Shown: piece by piece, positions 19,350 to 28,069 of the stretch
How positions within the stretch are numbered: the stretch's first letter is position 1
Layout of the letters: each line of letters begins with the position of its first letter
DNA from: Candidatus Undivivens industriae
Lineage (GTDB): Bacteria > Omnitrophota > Gorgyraeia > Gygaellales > Profunditerraquicolaceae
DNA length: 64,000 bases
Direction of reading: 5' to 3'
Assembly (NCBI GenBank): GCA_012514745.1
Contig: JAAYZR010000001.1
Span: 7,877-71,876, forward strand
Made by a program: the position numbers and the translations under genes
Notes under the pieces: generated by a model
Database searches by the model: none
The model's input: the letters and a program-made list of their open reading frames with translations, nothing else
Told to the model about the DNA's origin: nothing

Positions 19350-20186
19350 ATGTTCAATGGCGTTTTAAGACTAATAAGTGTCAGTGCCCAGGGAGCCATT
19401 TCTTTTCTCAGCGAGATATGGGGGAAGAGATATGCCGTCTATCAGCTTGTTAAGCGCGATTTGAAGGAACGTTACATAGGTTCATATTTCGGTCTTGCCT
19501 GGGCTTTGCTCCAGCAGACCTTGTTGGTCGCGGTTATGTGGTTCGTTCTTCAATTCGGCCTTCGTGTCAGACCGGCGGGAAATGTCCCTTTTCTTGCTTG
19601 GATAGTTCCTGCAATGGCTGTTTGGGTTTTATTTTCGGAGGCGCTCAATACGGCTGCCAACTCGCTTATAAGTTATTCTTATATCGTCAAGAAGATACAT
19701 TTCAAGCTCTCTATCTTGCCGCTTATTAAAGTGCTTTCCGCCGCGGTCATTCACTTTATATTCCTTTTTCTTGTTGTTTTGGTTTTGCTGATTTTCGGTA
19801 TATATCCGTCATTGTTTTGGCTGCAAAGCGCCTATTATTTCTTTGCCTGTATCTGCCTGGTGCTGGGAATGTCCTGGTTGGCTTCCGCGGTAATGGTTTT
19901 TTTTCGCGATATAGCCGCAGGCATAGTGATACTTCTGAATCTCTTGATGTGGATGACGCCTATTTATTGGAATATGGAGATGATCCCTCCGCGATTCAGG
20001 ATCCTTTGCTATTTAAACCCGGTATGTTATCTTACCGAGGGATACAGGAGATCTTTTCTTTACAATATTCCTTTCTGGGAAGACGCTTTATGGGGATTTT
20101 ATTTCTGGGGAGTAACGTTCTGTTTTATGGCAGCCGGCATTTTTGTTTTTCGGAAACTTAAACCTCATTTTGCCGATATCCTTTGA
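19350..20186 (+). CDS. wzm: ABC-2 type polysaccharide/O-antigen export permease
   Basis: Six predicted TM helices. The N-terminus YQLVKRDLKERYIGSYFGLAWALLQ is conserved among Wzm/TagG/KpsM proteins. Confidence 0.85.
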   Translation: MFNGVLRLISVSAQGAISFLSEIWGKRYAVYQLVKRDLKERYIGSYFGLAWALLQQTLLVAVMWFVLQFGLRVRPAGNVPFLAWIVPAMAVWVLFSEALNTAANSLISYSYIVKKIHFKLSILPLIKVLSAAVIHFIFLFLVVLVLLIFGIYPSLFWLQSAYYFFACICLVLGMSWLASAVMVFFRDIAAGIVILLNLLMWMTPIYWNMEMIPPRFRILCYLNPVCYLTEGYRRSFLYNIPFWEDALWGFYFWGVTFCFMAAGIFVFRKLKPHFADIL

Positions 20187-20187
20187 T

Positions 20188-21417
20188 ATGTCTGATGCAA
20201 TCCTGCAGGTAAGAAATCTAACCAAGATATACTCGCTTTATGATCGGCCGATCGACCGGTTAAAGGAAGCGCTGGATCCCCGCAGAAAAAAATACCATCA
20301 TGATTTTTACGCGCTTAAAGACATTAGTTTCGATGTCAGAAAAGGCGAAACACTTGGAATCATTGGGAAAAACGGTTCGGGTAAATCAACCTTGCTTAAG
20401 ATCATTTCCGGGGTGCTCGCTCCCACATCGGGGGCTTACCGCGTAAATGGGAATATAGCTTCTTTACTTGAACTCGGGACCGGCTTTAATCCGGAATTAA
20501 CTGGCACAGAGAATGTTTATTTTAACGGAACACTTTTCGGTCTGTCCAAGAAAGAGATTGACGAGAGACTAGACAGGATAATCGAATTCGCCGATATCGG
20601 AGAATTCGTAAAGCAGCCGGTAAAACTGTATTCCAGCGGAATGTTCGTGCGTTTAGCGTTTTCCGTTGCCGTGAATCTAGACCCTGAAATATTGATAGTA
20701 GACGAGGCTCTTTCTGTAGGCGATACCTATTTTCAGCATAAGAGTTTCGAGCGTATACGACAGTTAAACCGTCAAGGTACGACGCTGCTGATAGTTTCTC
20801 ACGACAAGAACGCTATTTTGTCCATTTGCAACTCGGTGATTTTGCTGAACGCAGGAACATTTGTTATGCAGGATGAGCCGGAAACCGTTATGGATTATTA
20901 TAATGCCACATTATCCGAGAATACCGGTAATATTATCCATCAGAAGACGACGGAGAACGGAAAAATCCAGACTATATCGGGAACAAGAGAAGCGATAATA
21001 GAGGATGTGGCATTGTTGGATACGGGAAATAACCGGGTGGAAACTGTTAATGTGGGACAGCAGGTCCGCCTGCGCATTGTGGTGCGTTCAACCACGGACA
21101 TCGAAAATCTGGTAATAGGCTATCTGATCAAAGACAGGCTTGGACAGTCTGTATTCGGAACCAATACCTGTCATTTGAAACAGAATATCGCTGAATTAAA
21201 GCGAGGAGAATCGTATATTTTGGATTTTAAGTTTAATGTTGACCTCGGTGAGGGGAGTTATTCGGTCGCGGTTGCTTTACATACTGCGGAAACGCATACC
21301 ACGAAGAGTTATGAATGGCGAGATCTCGCCTTGGTATTCAAGGTTGTTAACACCGATAAAAGTAAATTTGCGGGGGTCGCTTGGCTGCCTCCGAGCTTGG
21401 AGTGCGGTCATGGATGA
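20188..21417 (+). CDS. wzt: O-antigen/polysaccharide export ABC transporter ATP-binding protein with a C-terminal extension (putative carbohydrate-binding domain)
   Basis: Walker A GKNGSGKST, the ABC signature YSSGM and Walker B ILIVDEALSVGD are present. About 170 extra C-terminal residues follow the NBD. The ATG at 20188 is 2 nt after the wzm stop (an alternative start at 20143 overlaps wzm). Confidence 0.85.
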   Translation: MSDAILQVRNLTKIYSLYDRPIDRLKEALDPRRKKYHHDFYALKDISFDVRKGETLGIIGKNGSGKSTLLKIISGVLAPTSGAYRVNGNIASLLELGTGFNPELTGTENVYFNGTLFGLSKKEIDERLDRIIEFADIGEFVKQPVKLYSSGMFVRLAFSVAVNLDPEILIVDEALSVGDTYFQHKSFERIRQLNRQGTTLLIVSHDKNAILSICNSVILLNAGTFVMQDEPETVMDYYNATLSENTGNIIHQKTTENGKIQTISGTREAIIEDVALLDTGNNRVETVNVGQQVRLRIVVRSTTDIENLVIGYLIKDRLGQSVFGTNTCHLKQNIAELKRGESYILDFKFNVDLGEGSYSVAVALHTAETHTTKSYEWRDLALVFKVVNTDKSKFAGVAWLPPSLECGHG

Positions 21418-22744
21418 CGGTTTTTACCGGGCGTTTGAGGATCGTTACCGCGGTTCACGAGAGCTGATAAAGCTGCGTTTGAAAACGTATTTGCCGTTTG
21501 TAAGGCCTTTACTGGATTTCTATGGGAAGGGGGAAGCGTTGGATTTAGGCTGCGGGCGGGGGGAATGGCTCGAGCTGCTTGCGGAAGCCGGTTTTAACGC
21601 AATAGGCGTGGATCTTGATAATATCCAGCTTGCGGCCTGCAAGGGATTAGGTTTGAATGTCCGCACCGCTGATGCAATTGATTTTATAAAGCGGCTGCCG
21701 GATGCGAACATGGTATTGGTAACTGCTTTTCACCTTGTTGAGCATCTGCAGTTCTCGCAACTACAGGAGCTGGTAAAGGAGGCTTTACGGGTGTTAAAAC
21801 CGGGCGGCCTCCTGATACTTGAGACCCCTAATCCGGAAAATATCTTGACCGGGACGTCCAATTTCTATTTGGATCCTATGCATCAGCGTCCCATTCCACC
21901 GCAGTTACTGTCTTTTCTTCCGGAATATTACGGTTTTCGTAAAGTGAAAATATTACGCTTGCAGGAAACGGTCAGGCCGCGGAAAAAAGAACAAATGTCA
22001 CTGTTAGACGTTTTAAACGGAGTCAGCCCGGATTATTCCGTCATAGCACAACGTGAAGGAGACCAGAGCCTTTTGGAGGCGACAAAGGACGTTTTTGATG
22101 TAGATACAGGCTGCACACTGGAGCAGATAATTTCCCGATATGAAAGTTATACCGACTGCAAGATCACAAGTTTGGATCATTACGAACAGCAAGCTTTCAA
22201 GAAGGAGCATAGTTTGGAGTTGGCACTGCAACAGGCGGCCACTTGGTTCGTCAGAAATGAAGATAGGCCTGTCAGAGAGGATGTAATCGCCGCTTACCGT
22301 TGTTTCCTGGGAAGGGAACCTGAAAGCGAGAGCGCCATCCAGGGGTATTTAAAGGCGAAGAATGTAAAGGGGTTGCTTAAGGCCTTCTCCGGGTCCAAAG
22401 AATTTCAGGATAGAATAAACCGTTTTGGACCGTCCCATCCAGAAGAAGCAGTGTATGTTTCATATCCCCGGAGGCTGTCTCTTTATTTTCTGGACATTGT
22501 GATGGGCATATATTCAAGATTGTTTTCCGGAAAGGCGGCAAAAAAGGTGATAGCAGCCTTACCGTGGCTCAAGGAATTCTTTAGAAATCTGTTTAGGCAA
22601 CAGATCGTGGAGGTAAGACTGGAAAGAGAGAAGAGGCTTCATCAGAATATGTATGCGGATACCGATTGTCTCTCCATGTTTTCTTTGTCCATCTTGGAAA
22701 GATTAAAGCAAAAGGTGAATACCAAACGGAGCCGGGTCGTATAA
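21410..22744 (+). CDS. Class I SAM-dependent methyltransferase with a C-terminal extension (candidate glycan chain-terminating methyltransferase)
   Basis: Carries the SAM motif LDLGCGRGEWLELLAEAG and motif II/III LKPGGLLILETPNPEN. The ATGGATGA start overlaps the wzt stop (translational coupling). Confidence 0.75.
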   Translation: MDDGFYRAFEDRYRGSRELIKLRLKTYLPFVRPLLDFYGKGEALDLGCGRGEWLELLAEAGFNAIGVDLDNIQLAACKGLGLNVRTADAIDFIKRLPDANMVLVTAFHLVEHLQFSQLQELVKEALRVLKPGGLLILETPNPENILTGTSNFYLDPMHQRPIPPQLLSFLPEYYGFRKVKILRLQETVRPRKKEQMSLLDVLNGVSPDYSVIAQREGDQSLLEATKDVFDVDTGCTLEQIISRYESYTDCKITSLDHYEQQAFKKEHSLELALQQAATWFVRNEDRPVREDVIAAYRCFLGREPESESAIQGYLKAKNVKGLLKAFSGSKEFQDRINRFGPSHPEEAVYVSYPRRLSLYFLDIVMGIYSRLFSGKAAKKVIAALPWLKEFFRNLFRQQIVEVRLEREKRLHQNMYADTDCLSMFSLSILERLKQKVNTKRSRVV

Positions 22745-22817
22745 TTCCCGGTTAATCAAACCGTGGAAATCCCCGGCTTGAAGGCCGGATTTACTCAGTT
22801 CACGAATTACTAATATT

Positions 22818-25334
22818 ATGCGGATAATTCTGGATCTACAGGTTTCACAAACGTCAAGCCGGTTTGAAGATATCGGCCGCTATTCGCTTTCTCTCGCGAA
22901 GGCGATTGCCGGCAGCCACTCCGGTCATGAGGTCATCATCGCTTTGAACGGACTATTCCCGGATACGATCGAACCGATACGGGCCGCTCTGGACGGTATA
23001 ATCCCACAGCAGAATATACGCGTTTGGTCGGCGGCGGGACCGTTATCCGGAAGTGATATGAGGCATGAATGGAGGCGAAAAGCGGCGGAACGTATGCGTG
23101 AAGCGTTCCTACTGCGGCTCAATCCAGACGTTGTGCATATAATGAACATTCTAGAGGGATATGCTGATAACGCCGTCACGACCATAGGTGTTTTTTCTCC
23201 GCAAATAACTACAACCGCCGGTTTCTCCGAAATAATTACTTCCTCCCGTTTTACGCACCAATTCAATTATGATCGGCAGTATAAGAATTATTTTCTTGAT
23301 AAGATCGAGTATTTGAAGCGGGCCGATAAGGTCATATCCGTGTCCAAGGTTGGGGCTGAGGAGATTACGAATACTTTCGGATTTTCGAGCGGCAGAGTAT
23401 TCGGTCTCTCAGCTGATTGCGCCCCAATTTTTAGGCCGATGAACATCGGAACGGTATTAAAAGCGCGCCTTTTTCAGCGTTTTAAGATCAGGAAACATTT
23501 TATTATACTTGATGCCGGTGATGGTGATGATAGGGAATTTCTGTGTTTTGTGCGCGCGTACTGTAAGCTTCCGCCAGCCGTGCGCGGCGAGTACCAGATA
23601 CTGTTGATAGGTCGCATATGTGATGATGATGTTAGAAAGATATACTCTCTTGCTGTTTCTTCCGGTATCAGGGATGGAGAACTAATCATCATGCACCAGC
23701 TTAATGATGAGGATATGGCTAAACTGTATAACTTGAGCAGGCTTCTTGTAGTTCTTTCTCCGCGCAATAGTGTGTGTCTTACTGCGGTTGAAGCGGTGAA
23801 TTGCGGCACGCCGGTAATAGGCGCCGACAATAAGTATTCAAGAGAGACTTTAGGATATGATGAAGCTCTATTTGAGTCCAAAGATGAAGATTCGATAAAG
23901 GGTAGGCTGTATTCAGCTATGCTGGATGAATCTTTTACGCGTGACGTGATACTGAACGAGATAAAACACAGGAAAGAAGGCTCAATAGAACGGAACGCCG
24001 CGGATATGATCGGGATTTTTGAAAAAATCAGTAAACCGCCTTTTATAAAGCCTGAATACGCGGATAATGAGCGTGTTATCGAAGAAGTGCTGGACAGTAT
24101 AGGACAGGTTGAAAACGGCAGCAAGGTGCATTCTTCCGATTTAATAGCCGCCGCATATTGTATAGGTCTTAATCATGTCTCTTTACCTCAGAAACAGCTG
24201 TTTGTAGATATCTCCGAATTTATCCATAACGATATTAAAACAGGCGTCCAGAGAGTAACCAGGAGCGTATTGAAGGAACTGCTGGAATTCCCACCGAAAG
24301 GATTCTCGGTGGAGCCTGTCTTTGCGACCAGCAGATCCAAAGGGTATTCTTATGCCCGGCAGTTTGTTGATAAGATGCAGGGACAGCCGAGGCATTCCAA
24401 GGACAGTGTGATCGATTTTCAGCCCGGGGATGTTTTCTTGGGTTTGCATTTGCAGCATCTTATCACCAAAGCTCAAGCAGATTGCCTGTCCCTTATGCAC
24501 AGGCATGGTGTCAGTGTTTATTTTGTAGTTTACGATCTTCTCCCCATTCTCTTCCCGCATTATTGGCTGGCGCAGCACGGTGTGCATACGATACATCACG
24601 AATGGCTGCAAATAATCAGCCGTTTCGATGGGGCGGTTTGTATATCGCAAGCGGTCGCGAATGAATTTTCCGGCTGGCAGAAGGTACATTGCAAGGACAG
24701 GTTGAGACCGTTTAAAATGAGATGGTTTCATCTTGGTGCCGACATGGATAACTCCATACCCACAAAAGGCATGCCTGATAATGCTCCCAAAATGCTTGAA
24801 AAAATGGCAGCGCGGCAGACGTTTCTTATGGTGGGGACTATTGAACCGCGTAAGGGATATGTTCAGACCATTGACGCTTTCGAATTGCTCTGGCAGTCCG
24901 GAGTTGACGTGAACCTCATAATAGTGGGAAAGAAGGGATGGATGGTTGAGAAGATAGAGGCGCGTATACGTAAACACCCAGAGTATGATAAAAGGCTTTT
25001 TTGGCTTGAGGGCATAAGCGATGAGTTTCTGGAGAAGGTATATTTGAATTCAGCTTGTTTGCTGGCCGCTTCGGAGGGCGAAGGATTCGGCCTGCCGTTG
25101 ATAGAAGCGGCGCAGCATAATCTGTCGATTATCGCCCGCGACATTCCCGTATTTCGAGAGGTTGCCGGAGAATACGCGTTCTATTTCTCTGGGATGGAAC
25201 CGGAAACGCTTGCCGATGCCGTGAAAAAATGGCTTGCGCTGAACGCCAGAGGATGCAACCCGGCTTCTATATGTATGCCGTGGTTGACCTGGCACCAGAG
25301 TACCCAGCAACTGCTGAAAGCGATTATTCCGTGA
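22818..25334 (+). CDS. Large two-domain glycosyltransferase (GT4 family C-terminal domain; WbdA-like polymerising mannosyltransferase candidate)
   Basis: At 838 aa. The C-terminal EGFGLPLIEAAQHNLSIIARDIPVFREV is the GT4 EX7E motif. An additional GT-like N-terminal half is present. Confidence 0.7.
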   Translation: MRIILDLQVSQTSSRFEDIGRYSLSLAKAIAGSHSGHEVIIALNGLFPDTIEPIRAALDGIIPQQNIRVWSAAGPLSGSDMRHEWRRKAAERMREAFLLRLNPDVVHIMNILEGYADNAVTTIGVFSPQITTTAGFSEIITSSRFTHQFNYDRQYKNYFLDKIEYLKRADKVISVSKVGAEEITNTFGFSSGRVFGLSADCAPIFRPMNIGTVLKARLFQRFKIRKHFIILDAGDGDDREFLCFVRAYCKLPPAVRGEYQILLIGRICDDDVRKIYSLAVSSGIRDGELIIMHQLNDEDMAKLYNLSRLLVVLSPRNSVCLTAVEAVNCGTPVIGADNKYSRETLGYDEALFESKDEDSIKGRLYSAMLDESFTRDVILNEIKHRKEGSIERNAADMIGIFEKISKPPFIKPEYADNERVIEEVLDSIGQVENGSKVHSSDLIAAAYCIGLNHVSLPQKQLFVDISEFIHNDIKTGVQRVTRSVLKELLEFPPKGFSVEPVFATSRSKGYSYARQFVDKMQGQPRHSKDSVIDFQPGDVFLGLHLQHLITKAQADCLSLMHRHGVSVYFVVYDLLPILFPHYWLAQHGVHTIHHEWLQIISRFDGAVCISQAVANEFSGWQKVHCKDRLRPFKMRWFHLGADMDNSIPTKGMPDNAPKMLEKMAARQTFLMVGTIEPRKGYVQTIDAFELLWQSGVDVNLIIVGKKGWMVEKIEARIRKHPEYDKRLFWLEGISDEFLEKVYLNSACLLAASEGEGFGLPLIEAAQHNLSIIARDIPVFREVAGEYAFYFSGMEPETLADAVKKWLALNARGCNPASICMPWLTWHQSTQQLLKAIIP

Positions 25335-25417
25335 TCGAGGCATTGTTGAAAAACGTAAAACCCATATGAAATTTTCGTAAACAAAGAGCGCGGAATAATC
25401 AAATAAGGACAAAATCC

Positions 25418-28054
25418 ATGAATACAAAAAAGAGAGTTCTTGCGTATTTCTCTGTAGTATCGTTGTCAAGTTTGCTGCTTATTGTCATCATGCGGCTGTG
25501 GCGGGCCGATCTTTTTGTTTCATTCGGCTATGAAGGAGATGGGTTGTTTAATTCGGCGATCATAAAAGGAGTTATCGATAACGGCTGGTATTTGAGAAAT
25601 CCGATGTTGGGCGCTCCTTTGGGAGCGGACCTTTACGGATACCCCATGTCCGACCTGTTGAATTTTCTGATCATCAAAGTCATTGGAACTTTAACCCGCA
25701 GTTGGGCCGCAACTCTTAACTTGTTTTTTCTCGCGACTTTTCCCCTGGTCAGCATCTCTGCCATGTTCATTTTTCTAAAGTGCAGGATCAGAACCCCGGT
25801 CGCTCTGGTATGCGCTTTGATTTATACCTTTATACCGTATCACCTTTTGCGTGGCGAGGCGCACCTTTTTTTGTCGGCATATTATATGGTGCCGGTCATA
25901 TGCTGGATGGCTTTGAATATGTTCGAAGAGGGGGGGTATTTGTTCAATCCCGGACGAATATCTTTTAAAAGTATTCCCGGGAGGAAAATAATAGCTATTC
26001 TGCTGTTTTCTTTCCTTGCCGCGTCTACCGGAGCATACTACGCCTTTTTCGGGATGCTTTTCATACTTTTCGCAGGAGCGGTAGCTTCGCTCAATCGTAA
26101 GAGCTACGCTAATCTGGTGAGCGCGCTGATCATAATCTGCCTTATGGCGGGCATGGTAATAGTGAATATACTTCCAAATCTGGTCGATAAATTGCTTCAT
26201 TCTCAAAGTCCTCATATATTGAGAAGCGCTATTGAATCGGAGATATACGGCCTAAAAATATCGCAGCTTTTATTGCCGCGCACAGGTCATAATCTCCCGT
26301 TCTTCGCTTCCTTGCGAGACGCCTATAATAGGGCGGCGCCGCTTGTGACAGAGAACGATATGTCGGCCCTCGGGATGGTTTCGGCGATCGGCCTGGTGCT
26401 TTCTTTATGCACCGTATTCTTGTTTCGCCGCGATATGAAGTCTAATTACGGCAGGATCGGCGTGCTGAACCTGTTCGCTGTCCTGCTGGCGACCATCGGA
26501 GGCGGAGCGGTTTTCATCGCTTACTTGATAACCAAGCAGATTCGAGCGTACAATCGGATTAGTATTTTTATCGCGTTTTTTTCGCTGTTGTTCGTTGCTC
26601 ATCTCTTGAGCGCGTTGTATGAAAAATACGCCGTAACCCCGAAACGCAGGCTTATTTCAGCGGCAGCATTGTCTATTTTTTTACTTTTCGCGATCTGTGA
26701 CCAAGTGCCAATACGCTGGGGAAGCTATTCTCGGTATCAGGAAAAGGTCGCTTCGGACAAGAAGTTCTTTTCCGCGGTAGAATCCGCCCTGGGGAAGGAC
26801 TCGTCGGTATTCCAACTGCCGTATTTTCCTTTTCCCGAGACTCCTCCTCTCAACAAAATAACGGATTATGAGCACTTCAGGGGGTATCTGAACACCCGGG
26901 AAGTAAAGTGGAGTTACGGAGCTTTCAAGGGAAGCTATGCCGATGCCATCATAAAGTCTATCGGATATAAAACCGGACAGGATCTCCTGGATACGCTGGT
27001 GGTAATGGGATATGACGGTTTGTTCATCGACCGGTTCGGCTACGAGGATTCCGGGGCCGGGGTGGAAGAGCAGATAAGGCCTTTGATAGCCTCAAGGCCT
27101 CTGGAGAGTGACGACGGCCGGTTCGCCGTCTACAATCTGAAAGCTTACAGGGACGAATTCATAAGAAAGAACGGGGATATACAGGCAAAGAGAAATGCGC
27201 TGTTGCGGGATAGGGCTCTGGGTTTATACGTGCCGGGAGAATGGATAACGAATACCGACGACAGGTATCTGACTTCCGGCTGGTCAGTAGATGAAGGGAC
27301 TCATCGCTGGAGCCAGGGCCGCGCTGTTAAAATAGAATTCAAACTTGGCCCCGTCAGGCCTTCCCCGGTGATGAAACTGGTGATTGTGCCCAAGATGGTG
27401 GTGGGAGTCCAGCAGCTGCAAGTCTTTGTGAACAATAAGAAGGCCGGCTATATGTTCCTGGACGCGCCTAAAGAGTATTTTATGGATATAGATACCGGTT
27501 TATTAATTCCCGATGCAGTCAACTCTATCAGCCTGAAACTGCCGAACGCGAAACATATCGGAGGCGACCCCAGGCTTTTGGCTCTCGCGCTGGGCAAAGC
27601 GGGATTATTCTATCCGGAGGACGCCCGAAGAAGACTCCGGCTTCTTGAACCCGTATTGCACGTTTATTCCCCGGGTAAATGGATCGGCCACAATGACGGG
27701 CGGTTCCTGATATCCGGATGGTCCAAGAATGAAGATACCCATAGATGGAGCGAAGGGCACAGCGCCAAAATAGGATTCATATTGAAAGAATTGCCGTCTT
27801 CGCCTTCAATGAACCTGGTTGTCGTCCCGTCGATGGTCATGGGATGGCAATACGCCGAGATCTTCATAAACGGAAGGAAAGCCGGGATAGCGCTGTTCCA
27901 CGGCCCCAAAGAATACCGTATAAAGTTCAGGACCGCCCTGCTTAAGGAAAACGCGCCGAATGAGATCAGGCTGAATTTTCCGCGCGCCAAAGCGGTTAAG
28001 AGCGACCCGCGCCTGCTGGCGGTCGCCCTGGGAAAAATAGGATTGTTCCATTAA
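25418..28054 (+). CDS. Polytopic membrane protein (GT-C-like) with two tandem copies of a ~135-aa conserved C-terminal domain
   Basis: The N-terminal ~430 aa contain >10 predicted TM helices. The C-terminus has tandem repeats with WIxxxDxRxLxSGWSxxExTHRWSxG...VPxMVxG...DPRLLAxALGKxGLF(Y/H). Confidence 0.65.
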   Translation: MNTKKRVLAYFSVVSLSSLLLIVIMRLWRADLFVSFGYEGDGLFNSAIIKGVIDNGWYLRNPMLGAPLGADLYGYPMSDLLNFLIIKVIGTLTRSWAATLNLFFLATFPLVSISAMFIFLKCRIRTPVALVCALIYTFIPYHLLRGEAHLFLSAYYMVPVICWMALNMFEEGGYLFNPGRISFKSIPGRKIIAILLFSFLAASTGAYYAFFGMLFILFAGAVASLNRKSYANLVSALIIICLMAGMVIVNILPNLVDKLLHSQSPHILRSAIESEIYGLKISQLLLPRTGHNLPFFASLRDAYNRAAPLVTENDMSALGMVSAIGLVLSLCTVFLFRRDMKSNYGRIGVLNLFAVLLATIGGGAVFIAYLITKQIRAYNRISIFIAFFSLLFVAHLLSALYEKYAVTPKRRLISAAALSIFLLFAICDQVPIRWGSYSRYQEKVASDKKFFSAVESALGKDSSVFQLPYFPFPETPPLNKITDYEHFRGYLNTREVKWSYGAFKGSYADAIIKSIGYKTGQDLLDTLVVMGYDGLFIDRFGYEDSGAGVEEQIRPLIASRPLESDDGRFAVYNLKAYRDEFIRKNGDIQAKRNALLRDRALGLYVPGEWITNTDDRYLTSGWSVDEGTHRWSQGRAVKIEFKLGPVRPSPVMKLVIVPKMVVGVQQLQVFVNNKKAGYMFLDAPKEYFMDIDTGLLIPDAVNSISLKLPNAKHIGGDPRLLALALGKAGLFYPEDARRRLRLLEPVLHVYSPGKWIGHNDGRFLISGWSKNEDTHRWSEGHSAKIGFILKELPSSPSMNLVVVPSMVMGWQYAEIFINGRKAGIALFHGPKEYRIKFRTALLKENAPNEIRLNFPRAKAVKSDPRLLAVALGKIGLFH

Positions 28055-28069
28055 TCTTGATAAAAACCG

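Noticed and set aside
20143-20187. Alternative wzt start at 20143 (MFFGNLNLILPISFD…), overlapping wzm by 44 nt
   Set aside because: The conserved ABC NBD N-terminus (MSDAILQVRNLTKIY) begins at the ATG at 20188, 2 nt after the wzm stop. The upstream extension adds non-conserved residues.
24183-24977. 264-aa minus-strand ORF inside the large glycosyltransferase gene
   Set aside because: It is antisense to a GT4 gene with a clear EX7E motif. It has no supporting features.
27664-27990. Minus-strand ORFs 27664-27990 and 30043-30345 with mutually similar translations (…WVSSFLDHPDIRNRPSLWPIHLPGE / …RWVPSFVDQPDVKYCSSLWVIHLPGR)
   Set aside because: Their similarity only reflects that they are antisense to the repeated C-terminal domain of the two GT-C-like paralogs. 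They are not independent genes.
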